Below, piece by piece: positions 12,421 through 24,452 of a stretch of 64,000 nucleotides of DNA. The notes under the pieces were generated by a model. It worked only from the letters and a program-made list of their open reading frames with translations, made no database searches and was not told the origin of the DNA. The stretch's first letter is position 1, and every line of letters starts with the position of its first letter. The stretch spans positions 42,036,001 to 42,100,000 of the forward strand of contig OX597825.1 in NCBI GenBank assembly GCA_951406725.2. The letters are read 5' to 3'. Both the position numbers and the translations under genes were made by a program. Source of the stretch: Octopus vulgaris (taxonomy: Eukaryota).

Positions 12421-14209
12421 TCACTGACTTGCTCTGAATGTCCAAATGCTTAACTTTAATGGTTTAAGATATAAGATGTTTTAGTGATTCTTGCATGCAA
12501 ATCTTGAATACTGGCATGTGTCAACAAAATACTGGGAATAGTGTGTCTAGACCTAATAATGTTCTGATGTGATTGTTTATGAATAACCAGTTTTTGCACA
12601 ATACTCCAATTTAATGAGATGCACTGCATATAGTTGTGTGGTTAAAAAGTCAACATCACGAACATCTGGTTTTGGGCTTATTCACACTGTGTAGCACAGA
12701 GGGCATGTCTACTACAGTATCCTCAGATTGGCCTTCAAAGTAAAACTGATAAGTTAAAAATAGGAGCTGAAATTATTTTACCTTGGTGGAGGTGCTGACT
12801 TCCAAACAACAGTTCATAGTTATCATTGAACAAGTTCCATTCTGGCATGGACTTAGACCAGTTTCATGGCCTGAGGATATTCCAAAATATTTTTTCCAAT
12901 TTTTTTAGATTCTAAACTGTTCTGAAATGTGAAGTATATTTGCCACTTAAATGTGGCTAATCACTAAGGGTGGATGCTACTGTAGCTTGTAGCCCAGGAG
13001 AACATCTTCTCCAGCTGGCTATTGACACACTTTCTGTATGTTCTGAAATGTTAATATATTTCTCAACCAATAATATTCATGTCTTTATATGTACTGTATA
13101 AGAAAGGTCTTTATTTTTTACTTATAATTCCAGGTCCAGTACATATATATTATGCTTTTACTCTTTTAAATTTATAAGCCAATGGACTGTAGTCGTACTA
13201 CTGCATAGTCAAGCCACTTCATGCACAGCCTGTTTGGTAAGGAGGGTAACTAGAAACTCAGAAGAATAAAATCAATACCAAAACAATGGCTGGAACAGTC
13301 ATAAGGTCAACAGCTATGTAATAATTGTGTAAGAATTTAGAAATCCTGGATTAGTGTTTGGTGTACTGTGAGACCACAAGGAATGATGCACACCTCTTTC
13401 TTTAGAGTATGACTCTAAGAAGAAACGGTACTACTGTCTACAGCTATAGGCAGGATGAATGGGCTGGTGATGTGGGCTTGGCAATCAATGATTATAAATT
13501 GTCACAGTTAGTGAGTGCCTAATAAGTGATAACATTGAGGGAACTCATCACTAGAAGTAAACTGGGCTACAAAAGAACTGGGGTCCACTGAGAAAATTAA
13601 ATCTAAAGAGAAAATGAAGATGGACAACAAGGGTTATTGTCTCTGAATTCCCTAAACTTCAGTCATGAGATTGGAAATGTTCACACACACACACACACAC
13701 ACATACACACACACACAACATACATACACACACATATTTCCATGTATATATTATACATATTATTTATAAAAACATTTTTTTACCAAACCATCTATAAGAA
13801 AAGAATAAGGCATCATCAAAATTATTACCATATAACTTAGAATCATGACAGAAATTGTAAAAACAAATTCATTGTTTCTTTCTCTCAGCCTTTTTCTCTT
13901 TCTTCCCCATTTATTTTATAAAATTTCAATATGAATGAATTTTCAATAATGTACATTTGTTATGATCTTAGCTGATAGTAATATTGATATTACTATCTAT
14001 CCCTGTGAAAGTCATTGAAATTTCTGTGAACATTTGAACACTTGATGGTTTAAACATGTTTGTCGAATTTTTATCCTGTAATTTTAAACTCTCCTATACC
14101 CTGTTTTTTATATATATAAATTTGTACCATTGATAAACAAAAAATTGTCAAAACCAGTTTAGTATGTGAATAAATCTATTTAAAAAATGACATGTTTTTC
14201 ATATTCAGT

Positions 14210-15786
14210 CACATTTTCAAACCCTACTTGAGTTCTGTGATGTAAATGATCTCATGATCTGCAACACTGGCTTCAGAACACCAGTCAGCAACCTAATCAC
14301 TTATCAGTCTGGTGGGAACATAAGCCAGGTGGGTAACCTCCTCACCAGGCAATGAGGTAGGCTGATGTTCACAAATGTGAAGTATTTCCCAGGTGAAGAG
14401 TGTATATGCCAACATAGTTTACAAGTTAATGAATTCAGAATTAGAGCTAGAGAGACTCAGAGAAATAAACCATATTGGAAAAGAAGATTACAGAAGGTCA
14501 AAAACCCAGCAAACCAACAAAAAATGAGAGAATGATTTGGAGAAGTAGAGTTTTTCAAATATCGAACCAGTCATCAGAGTTGATAGTAGTATGATAGATA
14601 AGACAATTAAGAATACGAAGACTGGAAAAGCCCTTGGGTATCACTACCAAGATAATTAAAATATCAGGCAGTGTAGAATGCAGCCTAGTCACTTACATAG
14701 TTAATTAGTTTTTTCAGGAAGGCACTATCCCCAAAGACTGGTGTAGTTATATTATAGTTAGCTGCAACAAGGGTAAAGGTGATGCCTTAGATAGAGACAA
14801 TTACAGAGGTATCAAACTGCTGGACCAGGTTATGAAAATTACAGAGAGAGTATATCTCAACTGATTAGTGATAAAAATTAAGCAAGATGAGGTGCAGTTT
14901 GGTTTTGTTCCAGAGATGCCATCTTCATAGTGAGACAGTTTCACGAAAAGCATTTGGCCAAAAGTAAACCTTTTTTACTTAGCCTTCATCAACATGGATA
15001 AAGCTTTCAACAGGGTTCCCTGCTCTCTTATCTGATGGTCTCTAAGGAAGCTAGGTGTAGTGGAATGGCTTGTTTGAGCTATTCAAGCCATGTACAGTGA
15101 TACTGTCAGTAAGGTGAGAGTTGGCCTTGAACACAGCAATGAATTTAATGTACATGTTGGAGTTCACCAGGGATCAGTTCTTAGTCCACTCTTATTCATC
15201 ATAGTTCTCCAGGCTATAACAGAGGAATTCAAAACTGGATATAGCTATATACTATATGCTGATAATCTTGCTCTTATTGCAGAATCTGAAGTAGGACTGG
15301 AGACGTTCCAGGTTTGAAAGCAAAATCTGGAATCAAAAGGCTTTGAATTTAACTTAGCAAAGACTAAAGTTGTTAGCAAAAAACCAGATAAGACTCTGTT
15401 TCTTTGTCATAATCTAACCTTTCATCCTCAGACATTAGTTCTCCTCCTCAAATGGCCCTCCCCCTCTCATTATTCCTTGCTTTTGTAAGTTACTTGGTGA
15501 CTCTGCCAGTGCTGATGCAATGTAAAAATTATCCAGACGACACTATAAAGTGGTTGGCATTTGGAAGGGCATCCAGTGGTAAAAATCATGTTAAAAGTAA
15601 CCTCACTCTGTAAAAAGCACTGAGTCCACTCTGAAGAGTGGTTGGTATTAGAAAGAATATCCAGCCAAAAAAACCCTGCCAAAACAGATACACTAGGCTA
15701 GGGTAGCTTTTCTACCTCACCAGCTTATGCCAACTGTCCTACCCATGCATGCATGGAAGATAGATATTAAACGATGAAGATGATGA
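14210..15786 (+). mobile_element. Older RTE family A-related copy, internally deleted, with 3'UTR/tail pieces
   Basis: ORF 15090-15317 GVHQGSVLSPLLFIIVLQAI...LYADNL; 3' end gatattaaacgatgaagatgatgat. Confidence 0.85.
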
Positions 15787-15880
15787 TATATATATATATT
15801 TATATATATATATGTGTGTGTGTGTGTGTATAGATAGATTGATATATAAATAAATAATATATATAAAGATATATATATGA

Positions 15881-16138
15881 GGGGACATTGCCTAGTGGTT
15901 AAGGCGTTGTACTCATGATTGAGAGATTGTAGTTTCAATTCCTAGACCAGGGGGTGCAATCACTTCGACACCTAATGCATGGAACACAGTGCACCTGTTC
16001 AGACAATGTCAATTTGATGGAGAGTGTGAGCTAATGTGTGGCCTGAACAACATTTGATCACTATAAACAAATCATTTGTGCAGGTCATTTGGCAATAGCT
16101 GAATAGCTCACACATTGTCTTCAATGGGAGAGTCCATC
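15881..16138 (+). mobile_element. tRNA-derived SINE, family C
   Basis: A-box-like tgcctagtggttaagg and B-box-like gtttcaattcc; flanked by (TA)n. Confidence 0.65.
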
Positions 16139-16444
16139 ACATATATACATATATACATATATATGTATGTCTGTAGATATGTATATATGTATATATATAT
16201 ATCTATATATATATAGATAGATGGATAGATAGATAGATAGATACATACATACAAAGACATAGAGATAGATTTAGACATGATCCAGGGATCCAACTGTAGG
16301 AAGTTAGTAAGCTTCAAGCAGTTCATGGCAGGTAGAGAAGACAAAAGTATTTTATTGGCATCGAGAATTAAACACCTCTTCCCATATCAAGGTTCCGAGG
16401 TAATTTGATAAGCAGATAGTTTCTATATAGCTGATAGTTATGTT

Positions 16445-16600
16445 TCTTTATTACCCACAAGGGGCTAAACAGAGAGGGGACAAACAAGGACAGACAAACG
16501 AATTAAGTTGATTACATCAACTCCAGAGCATAACTGGTACTTAATTTATCGACGCCAAAAGGATGAAAGGCAAAGTCGACCTCAGCGGAGTTAGCAGGTC
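16445..16600 (-). mobile_element. SINE family B fragment
   Basis: Reverse complement gtcgactttgcctttcatcctttt..gtcgataaattaagtaccag, shared with 19089 and 58505. Confidence 0.8.
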
Positions 16601-16812
16601 AGCCAATGTGCATTAATATGTATGTATACTTCAGAGTAGAATTTCATTCTCGGTGTTTCCTACGATTTCCTTTTATCGTATCTTTACATATTTCCTTTAT
16701 TCTTTTTGTTGTTCCCTTATATTTCTTATATTCTTTTTGCTTTATCTTTGCATATTTTATATAACCCGCACCCCACATTTTTCTCTCCTCAGATGTGTGT
16801 GGGTGCTTATAT

Positions 16813-17480
16813 ATAAGGTAGTAGCAAAAAGTTCTGTAACACAGCAGCAGATGGCAGCAACTAGTTGCATGCAAAGTGAGAGCTAGCTAGTATGCCAAGT
16901 GACATCACTGTGTTTACTTCACAAGTTGTGAAATTTGTATTTTTGTGATCACATGTATGCTGTAGTCTACGATTTTGTCATGGAGAGGAAGTTGGAACAA
17001 AGAGCTAACGTGATATTTTGCATTAAACTCGGGAAGTCTGCTACAGAGACATTGAGAATGCTTTGGCAAGCTTGCAGCGATGAGGCAAGGGGTTGTACAC
17101 AATGTTTCAAGTGGCAGAGGCACTACAAATGTGGAAGAACATCCCTGGACGATGATGAGTGATCTGTAAGACCTGCCACGAATGTCACTCCTGGAAATGT
17201 GGTATTTTGCATTGGGAATTCATTCCCCAAGGCCAGATCATCAATTGAGAGTTCTACTGTGACATTTTGAGGCATTTGAGGAAGGACATTTGTTGAAAGC
17301 GATCAGATTTGTGGAGCGCAAAGAATTGGATTCTTCACCGAGCTCTCCTCACTAGTGAGTTTCTCACCAAAAAGAACAGATTTAGGCATCTGCAGATTTC
17401 CATCTTTTCCCCAAGATGAAAATATAGCTCAGAGGTTACCATTTTAACACTGTTTTTGAAATTCAGACCGAATGGTACAA
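16813..17480 (+). mobile_element. Mariner transposase remnant, internally deleted
   Basis: MERKLEQRANVIFCIKLGKSATETLRML...GRTSLDDDE; EFIPQGQIIN.EFYCDILRHL...KNWILH. Confidence 0.85.
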
Positions 17481-17547
17481 GCTCCTGTGAAGACAAGGTA
17501 AATAGTCTTTCACAGATAAATACATGATATAGAATATAGATAAATAC

Positions 17548-19020
17548 ATTATAGAAATTTAAATGTAAATTATGAACGAGAGCAACCAGTATTCACACAT
17601 TGATGGAATGACATCATCAATCCTTTAAGTTTCAATTTTATAACAAACGAAAAGAAAAAGACAGAAAAAAGAAGGCAGGAAAAAAACAGAAAAAAAAGGA
17701 AAGAAAAAAGAGAAAAGAAGACTACTTGATCAAACAGTTTTGTATAGATTTCTTCTTGCATTTCTGTGACTGTTATGCTAAAACTTATGGCTTTAAGTCC
17801 AACATAAAATTTACGTCTAGTTTTTAAAAAGTAGCATTGAATTTTAGACAAAAAAGTCAAGTTTTCTGGAGGCAGAACAGTGACAGAGTTATTTTTGAAG
17901 CCCCCATCATCCCACATTTATCTACACCACTGCTCCAATCATCCACATCACTTTATTCAATCAAATCTGAAACCCGGGATTTGTACTGACATAGGAGATT
18001 ACTGGGAACATGCAAATGCTTTTGTACATCATTGTCAAATGCAGTTACAGTGAATCACAATAGCAAATTAAATAATTAAGATTAGCAAACCTTCATGCAA
18101 GCATAATACAATAGATAACAGAATTCCTTTAGTGATTAGCTGGCACTGAAATTTCGCTGGCATTTCAAAAGTGTTGCATGAAAGTAACCAGCATGTGGCA
18201 AAAAAATATCCTCGATTCTAACAGATATTTCCTCAACTGCCTATTGTAGCCTTTAGGCGGAATAAGAATATAAGAGAATTATTGACCTCTATTTCTGACT
18301 CCATGAAAATGAACATTGGAGTATCTGCATGCTGTATCTTGAAAAACAGTCGCAAGCAAGGTAAGCCCTGTTCATTGAGCAACAACATGAGTCAAGTGGA
18401 TTCTACCAGGAATCATAACAGAAATGTTATGATTTATACAGAAGGTGGGACATGTAGAGATTTCCATTTAATGTATGTGGCAGAATGCATGAAACACAAC
18501 TTGATTTATGTTGGTTGTACAACAGAACAATTAAACAAAAGGTTTATTGGGCACAGATTCAACATCAGGCACAATAACAGTAGTTTGACAGAACTTGCCA
18601 AACATTTCATTGCTTCACTTTCAGTTTTCAGAATGCATGAGGAGAAATATGTTTGTAGGTTATTAACATCACGCCCTGGAGGAATGAATACAATGACCAG
18701 AGAATATCATCAAATTTATACAAAACTGCTTGATTAAATATTCTTCTTTTTCTCTTTTTCCTTTCCTCTTTTTTTCTGTTTTTTCCTACCTTCTTTTTTC
18801 TGTTTTTTTTTATTTTCACCTGTTATAAAATTGAAACTTAAAGACTGATGTTGTCATCCCATCAACGTGTGAATGGTGGTTGCTCTCATTCATACTTTAC
18901 ATTTAAATTTCTATAATTTTGAATTTTTATCACTTCTTACTTTGAACTTGACAAAGACAAACTTACTGTTGAAATATTGTTCAATCAATAAAATATCTAT
19001 TACAATCTAATCACAATCTT
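17548..19020 (+). mobile_element. 5'-truncated Penelope-like element with inverted pseudo-LTR (17548-17751 vs 18712-18917), RT thumb and GIY-YIG remnants
   Basis: TELFLKPPSSHIYLHHCSNHP near 17880; ORF 18282-18737 LMYVAECMKHNLIYVGCTTEQLNKRFIGHR...PGGMN; ~205-bp inverted repeat. Confidence 0.88.
18942..18984 (+). ncRNA. Minimal type I hammerhead ribozyme, U3:A8 core variant
   Basis: ttgaac-UUGACAA-a-gaca(aacttac)tgtt-GAAA-tatt-gttcaa: 6-bp stem I, 4-bp stem II, palindromic stem III, located in the PLE 3' pLTR. Confidence 0.7.
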
Positions 19021-19029
19021 CGTCTTGAC

Positions 19030-19035
19030 TATTAC

Positions 19036-19089
<54 letters not shown>

Positions 19090-19301
19090 GGTGGTGAACA
19101 GGCAAAATCGTTAGCACACTGGACAAAATGATTAGTGGTATTTCGCCAGTGGCTACATTCTGAGTTCAAATGCTGTTAGGATTGACTTTGCCTTTCATTC
19201 TTTCAGGGTCAGTGAAATAGGTACTAGTTACACAATGGGGTCAATGTAATCGACTATCCCATCCCACCAAAATTTCAGGCCTTGTGCTTATAGTAGAAAG
19301 G

Positions 19302-19360
<59 letters not shown>

Positions 19361-19460
19361 CATTATCAAGGCACTGAGCTGGTAGAATCATTAGCAGGCC
19401 AGGCAAAATGCTTAGCAGCATTTTGTTTGTCTTTGTGTTCTGAGTTCAAATTCTGGCAAG
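19030..19460 (+). mobile_element. SINE family B full copy (19089-19301) plus truncated copy (19368-19460) in (TTA)n arrays
   Basis: tRNA-like head aaggtggtgaacaggcaaaatcgttagca...gagttcaaa, then gactttgcctttcatt...; tail tagtagaaagg-(att)n. Confidence 0.85.
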
Positions 19461-20114
19461 GTATATATACAAAACTTATGCAATACACTTCTTTCTTAGT
19501 CCTTGAACCCCACCTCAAACAAAGCTTACAGAAAGCTGTAAGTGATAGTGCAGACTGCTCTAAGGAAAAATCAAACAGGAATGGTGGAATAACAGAGTGA
19601 AAAAGGTGCACGAAGCAGCTGATAGAAATGATGCCAAGGGTTTGTATTCTTATGCTGAGGGGGTATCTGGCTCAAAATCTTTTTCAGAAGCTCCAGTGAA
19701 AACAACAAATGGATATTTGCTTTTAACAGACACCTCTTCTACTCATAAGCACTGGGTAGAACATTTTTTTGCACTTTTGAATAGACCATCATCCGTTGAC
19801 ATGAGGATGATAGAAAAATATCAAACATCTTCCAGTTATAGAGAAGATAGCATTTGAACCAACTCTAAATGACATTTATTTAGCTGTGAATAAGCTGAAT
19901 AACAAAAAGTCTCCAGGGTCTGATGGAATCTGTGCAGAAGTCTTGAAATAGGGGGGTGACAAAATGTTTGAACTCTTAAATATATTAATTTGTCACTGTT
20001 GGAGACGTGAGGAAGTGCCTCAAGACTGGAGTGATGCAATTTTGGTCTCCTTGTATGAATCAGGATGAAAGGATCTGTGTGGAGATTTTGCTTTTGTTTG
20101 TAGTTGGAAAGGTA

Positions 20115-20269
20115 TTTACATTATTTACATTTGAAGGATATTTCTCCTCATCTTGTTTGTTGTTAACACGTTTTGGCTGATATACCCTCCAGCCTTCATC
20201 AGGCGCCTTGGGGTAATTTCGAACCTGGGTTCTCATTCCTGAGGTACTTTTTGATGTTGTTGTTGTTAC

Positions 20270-20349
<80 letters not shown>

Positions 20350-20896
20350 TCACTGTTGTTATTATTATTATTATTATTATTTTTTTCCTTCTTTCAAATT
20401 TGCTTCCATTTCTTGCCGGGTGTCTTCCCGACTCCAAGGGCAAAGAAACTCATAGTATACATTGGTAGGCCATTAAACCAAACTCAATAGTTCGTTCATT
20501 TTTTTTTTTTTTTTTAAGTTAAATTAAAATACATGAGCAGCAACAGTTCTCACATCGACAATGCTCTTCTCAATACATGTGATGTACCAGTTAAGACAAT
20601 CTTTTGCACTTCTTGTAGGGATGGTAAGCCAGGGATCATTCTCATATAATTTTCGGTTCCCTTCTTGATCATTCCTAGTGCTCCTACGATCACTGGTATT
20701 GTAACCGCCTTGAGATGCCACATTTTCTCAATTTCAATGAGTAGGTCTTTATATTTTCTGAGCTTGTCAAACTCTTTCGCTGAGATATTATGATCACAGG
20801 GGATGCTCATGTCGATCAATAAGCAAACTTTATTGTTTTGGTCTTTCACAACAATATCTGGTTTATTGGCCTTGATCTGTGGCCAACAATATCTGG

Positions 20897-20984
<88 letters not shown>

Positions 20985-21249
20985 TCATTGCTTTGTTGAT
21001 TTAAACAAGGTATTCAAGACTCTTAATCAAAATGCTCTGTGGCTAATTCTTAGGAAAATATGTTGCCCAGAAAAATTTGCAGACATGATCAGGACTTTGT
21101 ATCATGATATGAAGGCTAGACTTAATTCGAACTCAGAATCTTGGGGTATGTAGCCTGCAATCTTAACCACTACACCATATGCCCATAGCATAGTGGTTAA
21201 GAGCACGAGCTACTAACCCCAAGATTCTGAGTTTGATTCCAAGCAGTGA

Positions 21250-21314
<65 letters not shown>

Positions 21315-21513
21315 TCAATAATAATAACAACAACAACAACATAAAAAATACCTAAGGAATGAGAACCCAGGTTCGAAATTTCCCCAAGGCACCTGATGAA
21401 GGCCGGAGGGTATATCAGCTGGAATGTTGCGTTAATAACAAACAAGATGAGTACAAACATCCGTCAAATGTAAATAATGTGCATAAATCCTCATCTCTTA
21501 AATATAGAACTGT
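20115..21513. mobile_element. Head-to-head dimer of a tRNA-headed, (AAT)n- and HHR-bearing non-autonomous element, 12-bp TSD
   Basis: TSD gttggaaaggta at 20103-20114 and 21514-21525; minus copy 20115-21184, plus copy 21181-21513; both have tRNA-like heads and ctgatgaagg...tatatcagc cores. Confidence 0.85.
20381..20898 (-). mobile_element. R4/Dong-clade non-LTR retrotransposon 3' end (restriction-like endonuclease plus 3'UTR)
   Basis: IKANKPDIVVKD...LIDMSIP.D.N...KEFDKLRKYKDL.IEI.KMW...IPVIVGALG (PD-(D/E)xK); (TAA)n on both sides. Confidence 0.88.
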
Positions 21514-23074
21514 GTTGGAAAGGTACTTGCCCGCATTCTGTTACGATGTTTAAATAGCTTCATAGTTTCAAATATAGTATCTGAGTCTTAATGTGTTTTT
21601 GCTCCTCCAGGGACACAGTTGATTGTATTTCAGGAAAAGTTCATCAAACAGAATCTTGCCCAATACCATTGCTTTGTTGATTTAAGCAAGGTATTCAAAA
21701 CTCTTAATCAAAATGCTCTGTGGCTAATTCTTAGGAAAATATGTTACCCAGAAAAATTTGCAGACATGATCAGGACTTTGTATCACGACATGAAGGCTAG
21801 AGTTAATTTTGGTGGTAAGCTCTGAATCTTTTGCCATGGAATATGAAGGTAGGCAAGGAGACCTTGATGCACACATCCTCTTTGCAATATGCTTTGTTAT
21901 TGTGCTGTCACATGCTTTTCAAAACACCAAGGAGAGTATTTACATAAAATTTCAAACAACAGGGAATGTTTTTAATCTGATCAGATGGAAATTCAAAACA
22001 AAGGTTTTTGCTTCACTCATTAGGGAACTGTTATATACTGATGATTGCGATCTAGTCAGTCAATCTGAAACAGGCCTGCAATCTCTTGTATCTGCATTTG
22101 ACACAGCTTGTGATGATTTTGACTTGACCATCAACCTGAAAAAAACCATTCTAATGTTTCAACTTGCACGTGTTGTTGTTTGCAATCCCACTAAAATTTT
22201 CGTTAAGAGTAGGTGACTTGAGGTTGTTGACTCTTTCATTTACCTCAGAAGCTCTGTACAACATGATGGAAATCTCAGAAATACATCTGCAAATTCAATA
22301 GGCAGCAGAAGCGTTTGGTGGTTTGGAGTCACGTGTTTGGCACCAATGACATAAATAACAACACAAAATTGGTTCTTTACAAATCGTTTGTCTTACCATC
22401 CCTGTTGTATTCTTCTTAAACATGGACATGTTATAAAATACATTGCAAATTGTTAGAAAAGTTCCACCAAAAATGCCTTCATCACATTTTAAACATTAAA
22501 TGGAGTTTTTTTTATTCCAAACACAGATGCCTTTGCATCTCCTGGCATCACTTCAATTAAAGCAATGACTCTAAAAACCAAATGAAAAGGTTTGGCTATA
22601 TTGTTCAAATGGCGGATGAATGCACACCCATAGTGAGTTTGCATAGGGGAAACGCAGTTGGTGCAAACCTATAAAGAGGTGACATAAGGACTAGCATGAA
22701 GTCACTTGGAATGGATCCAAAGGCCATAGAAACCCTTGCTTCAAACTGAGCTGGATGGCAAACAAAAGTGTGGAGTGAAAGCATTTGAGAAGGCCAAGAT
22801 AATACATGCAAGACTCAAGAGAGATTTAAAGAAGAATGTGGTGAATGAGAAGGTGAATCCCAGTGACCTTTTTGTGTGCACAGTTTGTGACAGACCATGC
22901 CTTCCTTTTGCTAGGCTCAAATCTCATTGAGGAACCATGAAAAATGAAGCTCCACCAACTATCCTGCCTGTATATCTGTACATATCTTTCAATGCCATGT
23001 ATACCATAAGGTCTGCAATTCTATAGGACACCACAAAAGACATTTTAAAATCCACAAAGATCAGAAATTAACTG

Positions 23075-23689
23075 CAGCTCTTGGTGGTCCAAATCAGATA
23101 TGCAAACATCCAGGCAACATCATGGTGTTTGGAGTGATCACTAATGATGATGACGTTATGCCTCCATTCATCTTCCCACACAGCCTCAGATTCAATTTGG
23201 AGGCCTACATCAAGTGCCTGGAAGAAATAGTGTTGCCCTGAGTCAAGAGGGTGGTTGTTGGAAGACCCTATGTCTGATAACATGCCACACAAGCAGGAGA
23301 ACCCAGTCATGACTATCAGACAATTTCTGTGACCACACTACCTTTAACATCTAGCCACCTAACTCTCTAGACTGCAACCCCCTTGGTTATTAAGTGCGGG
23401 GCACAGTTGAGTGAGAGACTAACAAAACTCATTGTAACACCAAAGATGAACTGAAAGCAACGATTATGGTAACATTCACCAACTTAAACAATGTGACTGT
23501 CCAGAAGAGTTGCAGGAGATTCCAAAGTCATCTGGAGGCTGTTTTATTAAAATGGCAATTTTGATAAATAAATTTATCTTTAGTATTTCAAGATATTTTG
23601 ATGTAATTTTGGTAAATATATCTGTTAAAGAGATGTCAGTGTTATTTTCATTTTTGCATAACTTAGATGACAATTAATTCATCGCACTC

Positions 23690-23691
<2 letters not shown>
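23075..23691 (+). mobile_element. maT/DD37D-like Tc1/mariner remnant with right TIR
   Basis: KHPGNIMVFGVITNDDDVMPPFIFP...PPNSLDCNPL...CRRFQSHLEA; ends cgcactctg. Confidence 0.8.
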
Positions 23692-23725
<34 letters not shown>

Positions 23726-23815
23726 GTTTTCACTTAGGCATTGTGAGATTAATAACCTGGTGTAGAACTCACTATATGTATGTTTCAGAAAGAAGTGTTA
23801 GTTGAGGATAGAGTG

Positions 23816-24054
23816 ATAAGAAAATGAGATGACAAAAGAATAAATGACTATCTCATGAACTTCATATGATTAGAGCTGTTTCCACTTTAAGATGTAGTTG
23901 ACTCATAGCTGACTGCCTGAATAACACCTCATAGCTTCATCAGAGCCTTGAAGGCACTCAACTATGAGGTCACTACATCTTATAGCAGAAACAGTTGTAA
24001 AGTAATGAAGTTCATGAGATAATCATTTATTCCTTTCTCATCTCATTTTCTTAT
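23816..24054. repeat. Imperfect palindrome (~100-bp arms) with degenerate HHR on the minus strand
   Basis: ataagaaaatgagatga... / ...tcatctcattttcttat; minus strand ctgatgaa-gctatgaggtgt...acatcttaaagt-ggaaacagct. Confidence 0.8.
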
Positions 24055-24082
24055 GTGTGTGTATGTTCACATGCATGTGTGA

Positions 24083-24131
<49 letters not shown>

Positions 24132-24392
24132 TACATATGCATGAATATATAAACTGGGTAAAATTTAATTATTAGCAATGGAAACAATATTAGTTCAAAA
24201 TAGCTTTCTATCTGCCACTGATATATTTCTGTGCCTTTTAGCACTCTGTTCTACACAAGATGCTTTCTCAAGATGAATGCTACAGTTTTCTGGCTTTTTA
24301 TATGTGTGAGTTTGTTTATGTGTGTGTAGATATATATATGCATACGAATATTTATAAATATACACATACACATATAACATATGTGAGTGTGT

Positions 24393-24452
<60 letters not shown>

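Larger units (their letters stand above)
19460..22960 (+). mobile_element. RTE (BovB-like) LINE remnant interrupted by the insertion at 20115-21513
   Basis: LLLTD...WVEHF.ALLNRPS; FVDLSKVF; RQGDLDAHILF; LLYTDDCDL; C-terminal CTVCDRPC..ARLKSH. Confidence 0.88.

Noticed and set aside
21181-21245. tRNA gene
   Set aside because: No acceptor-stem pairing or terminator; it continues into a repeat body, so it is a SINE-type head.
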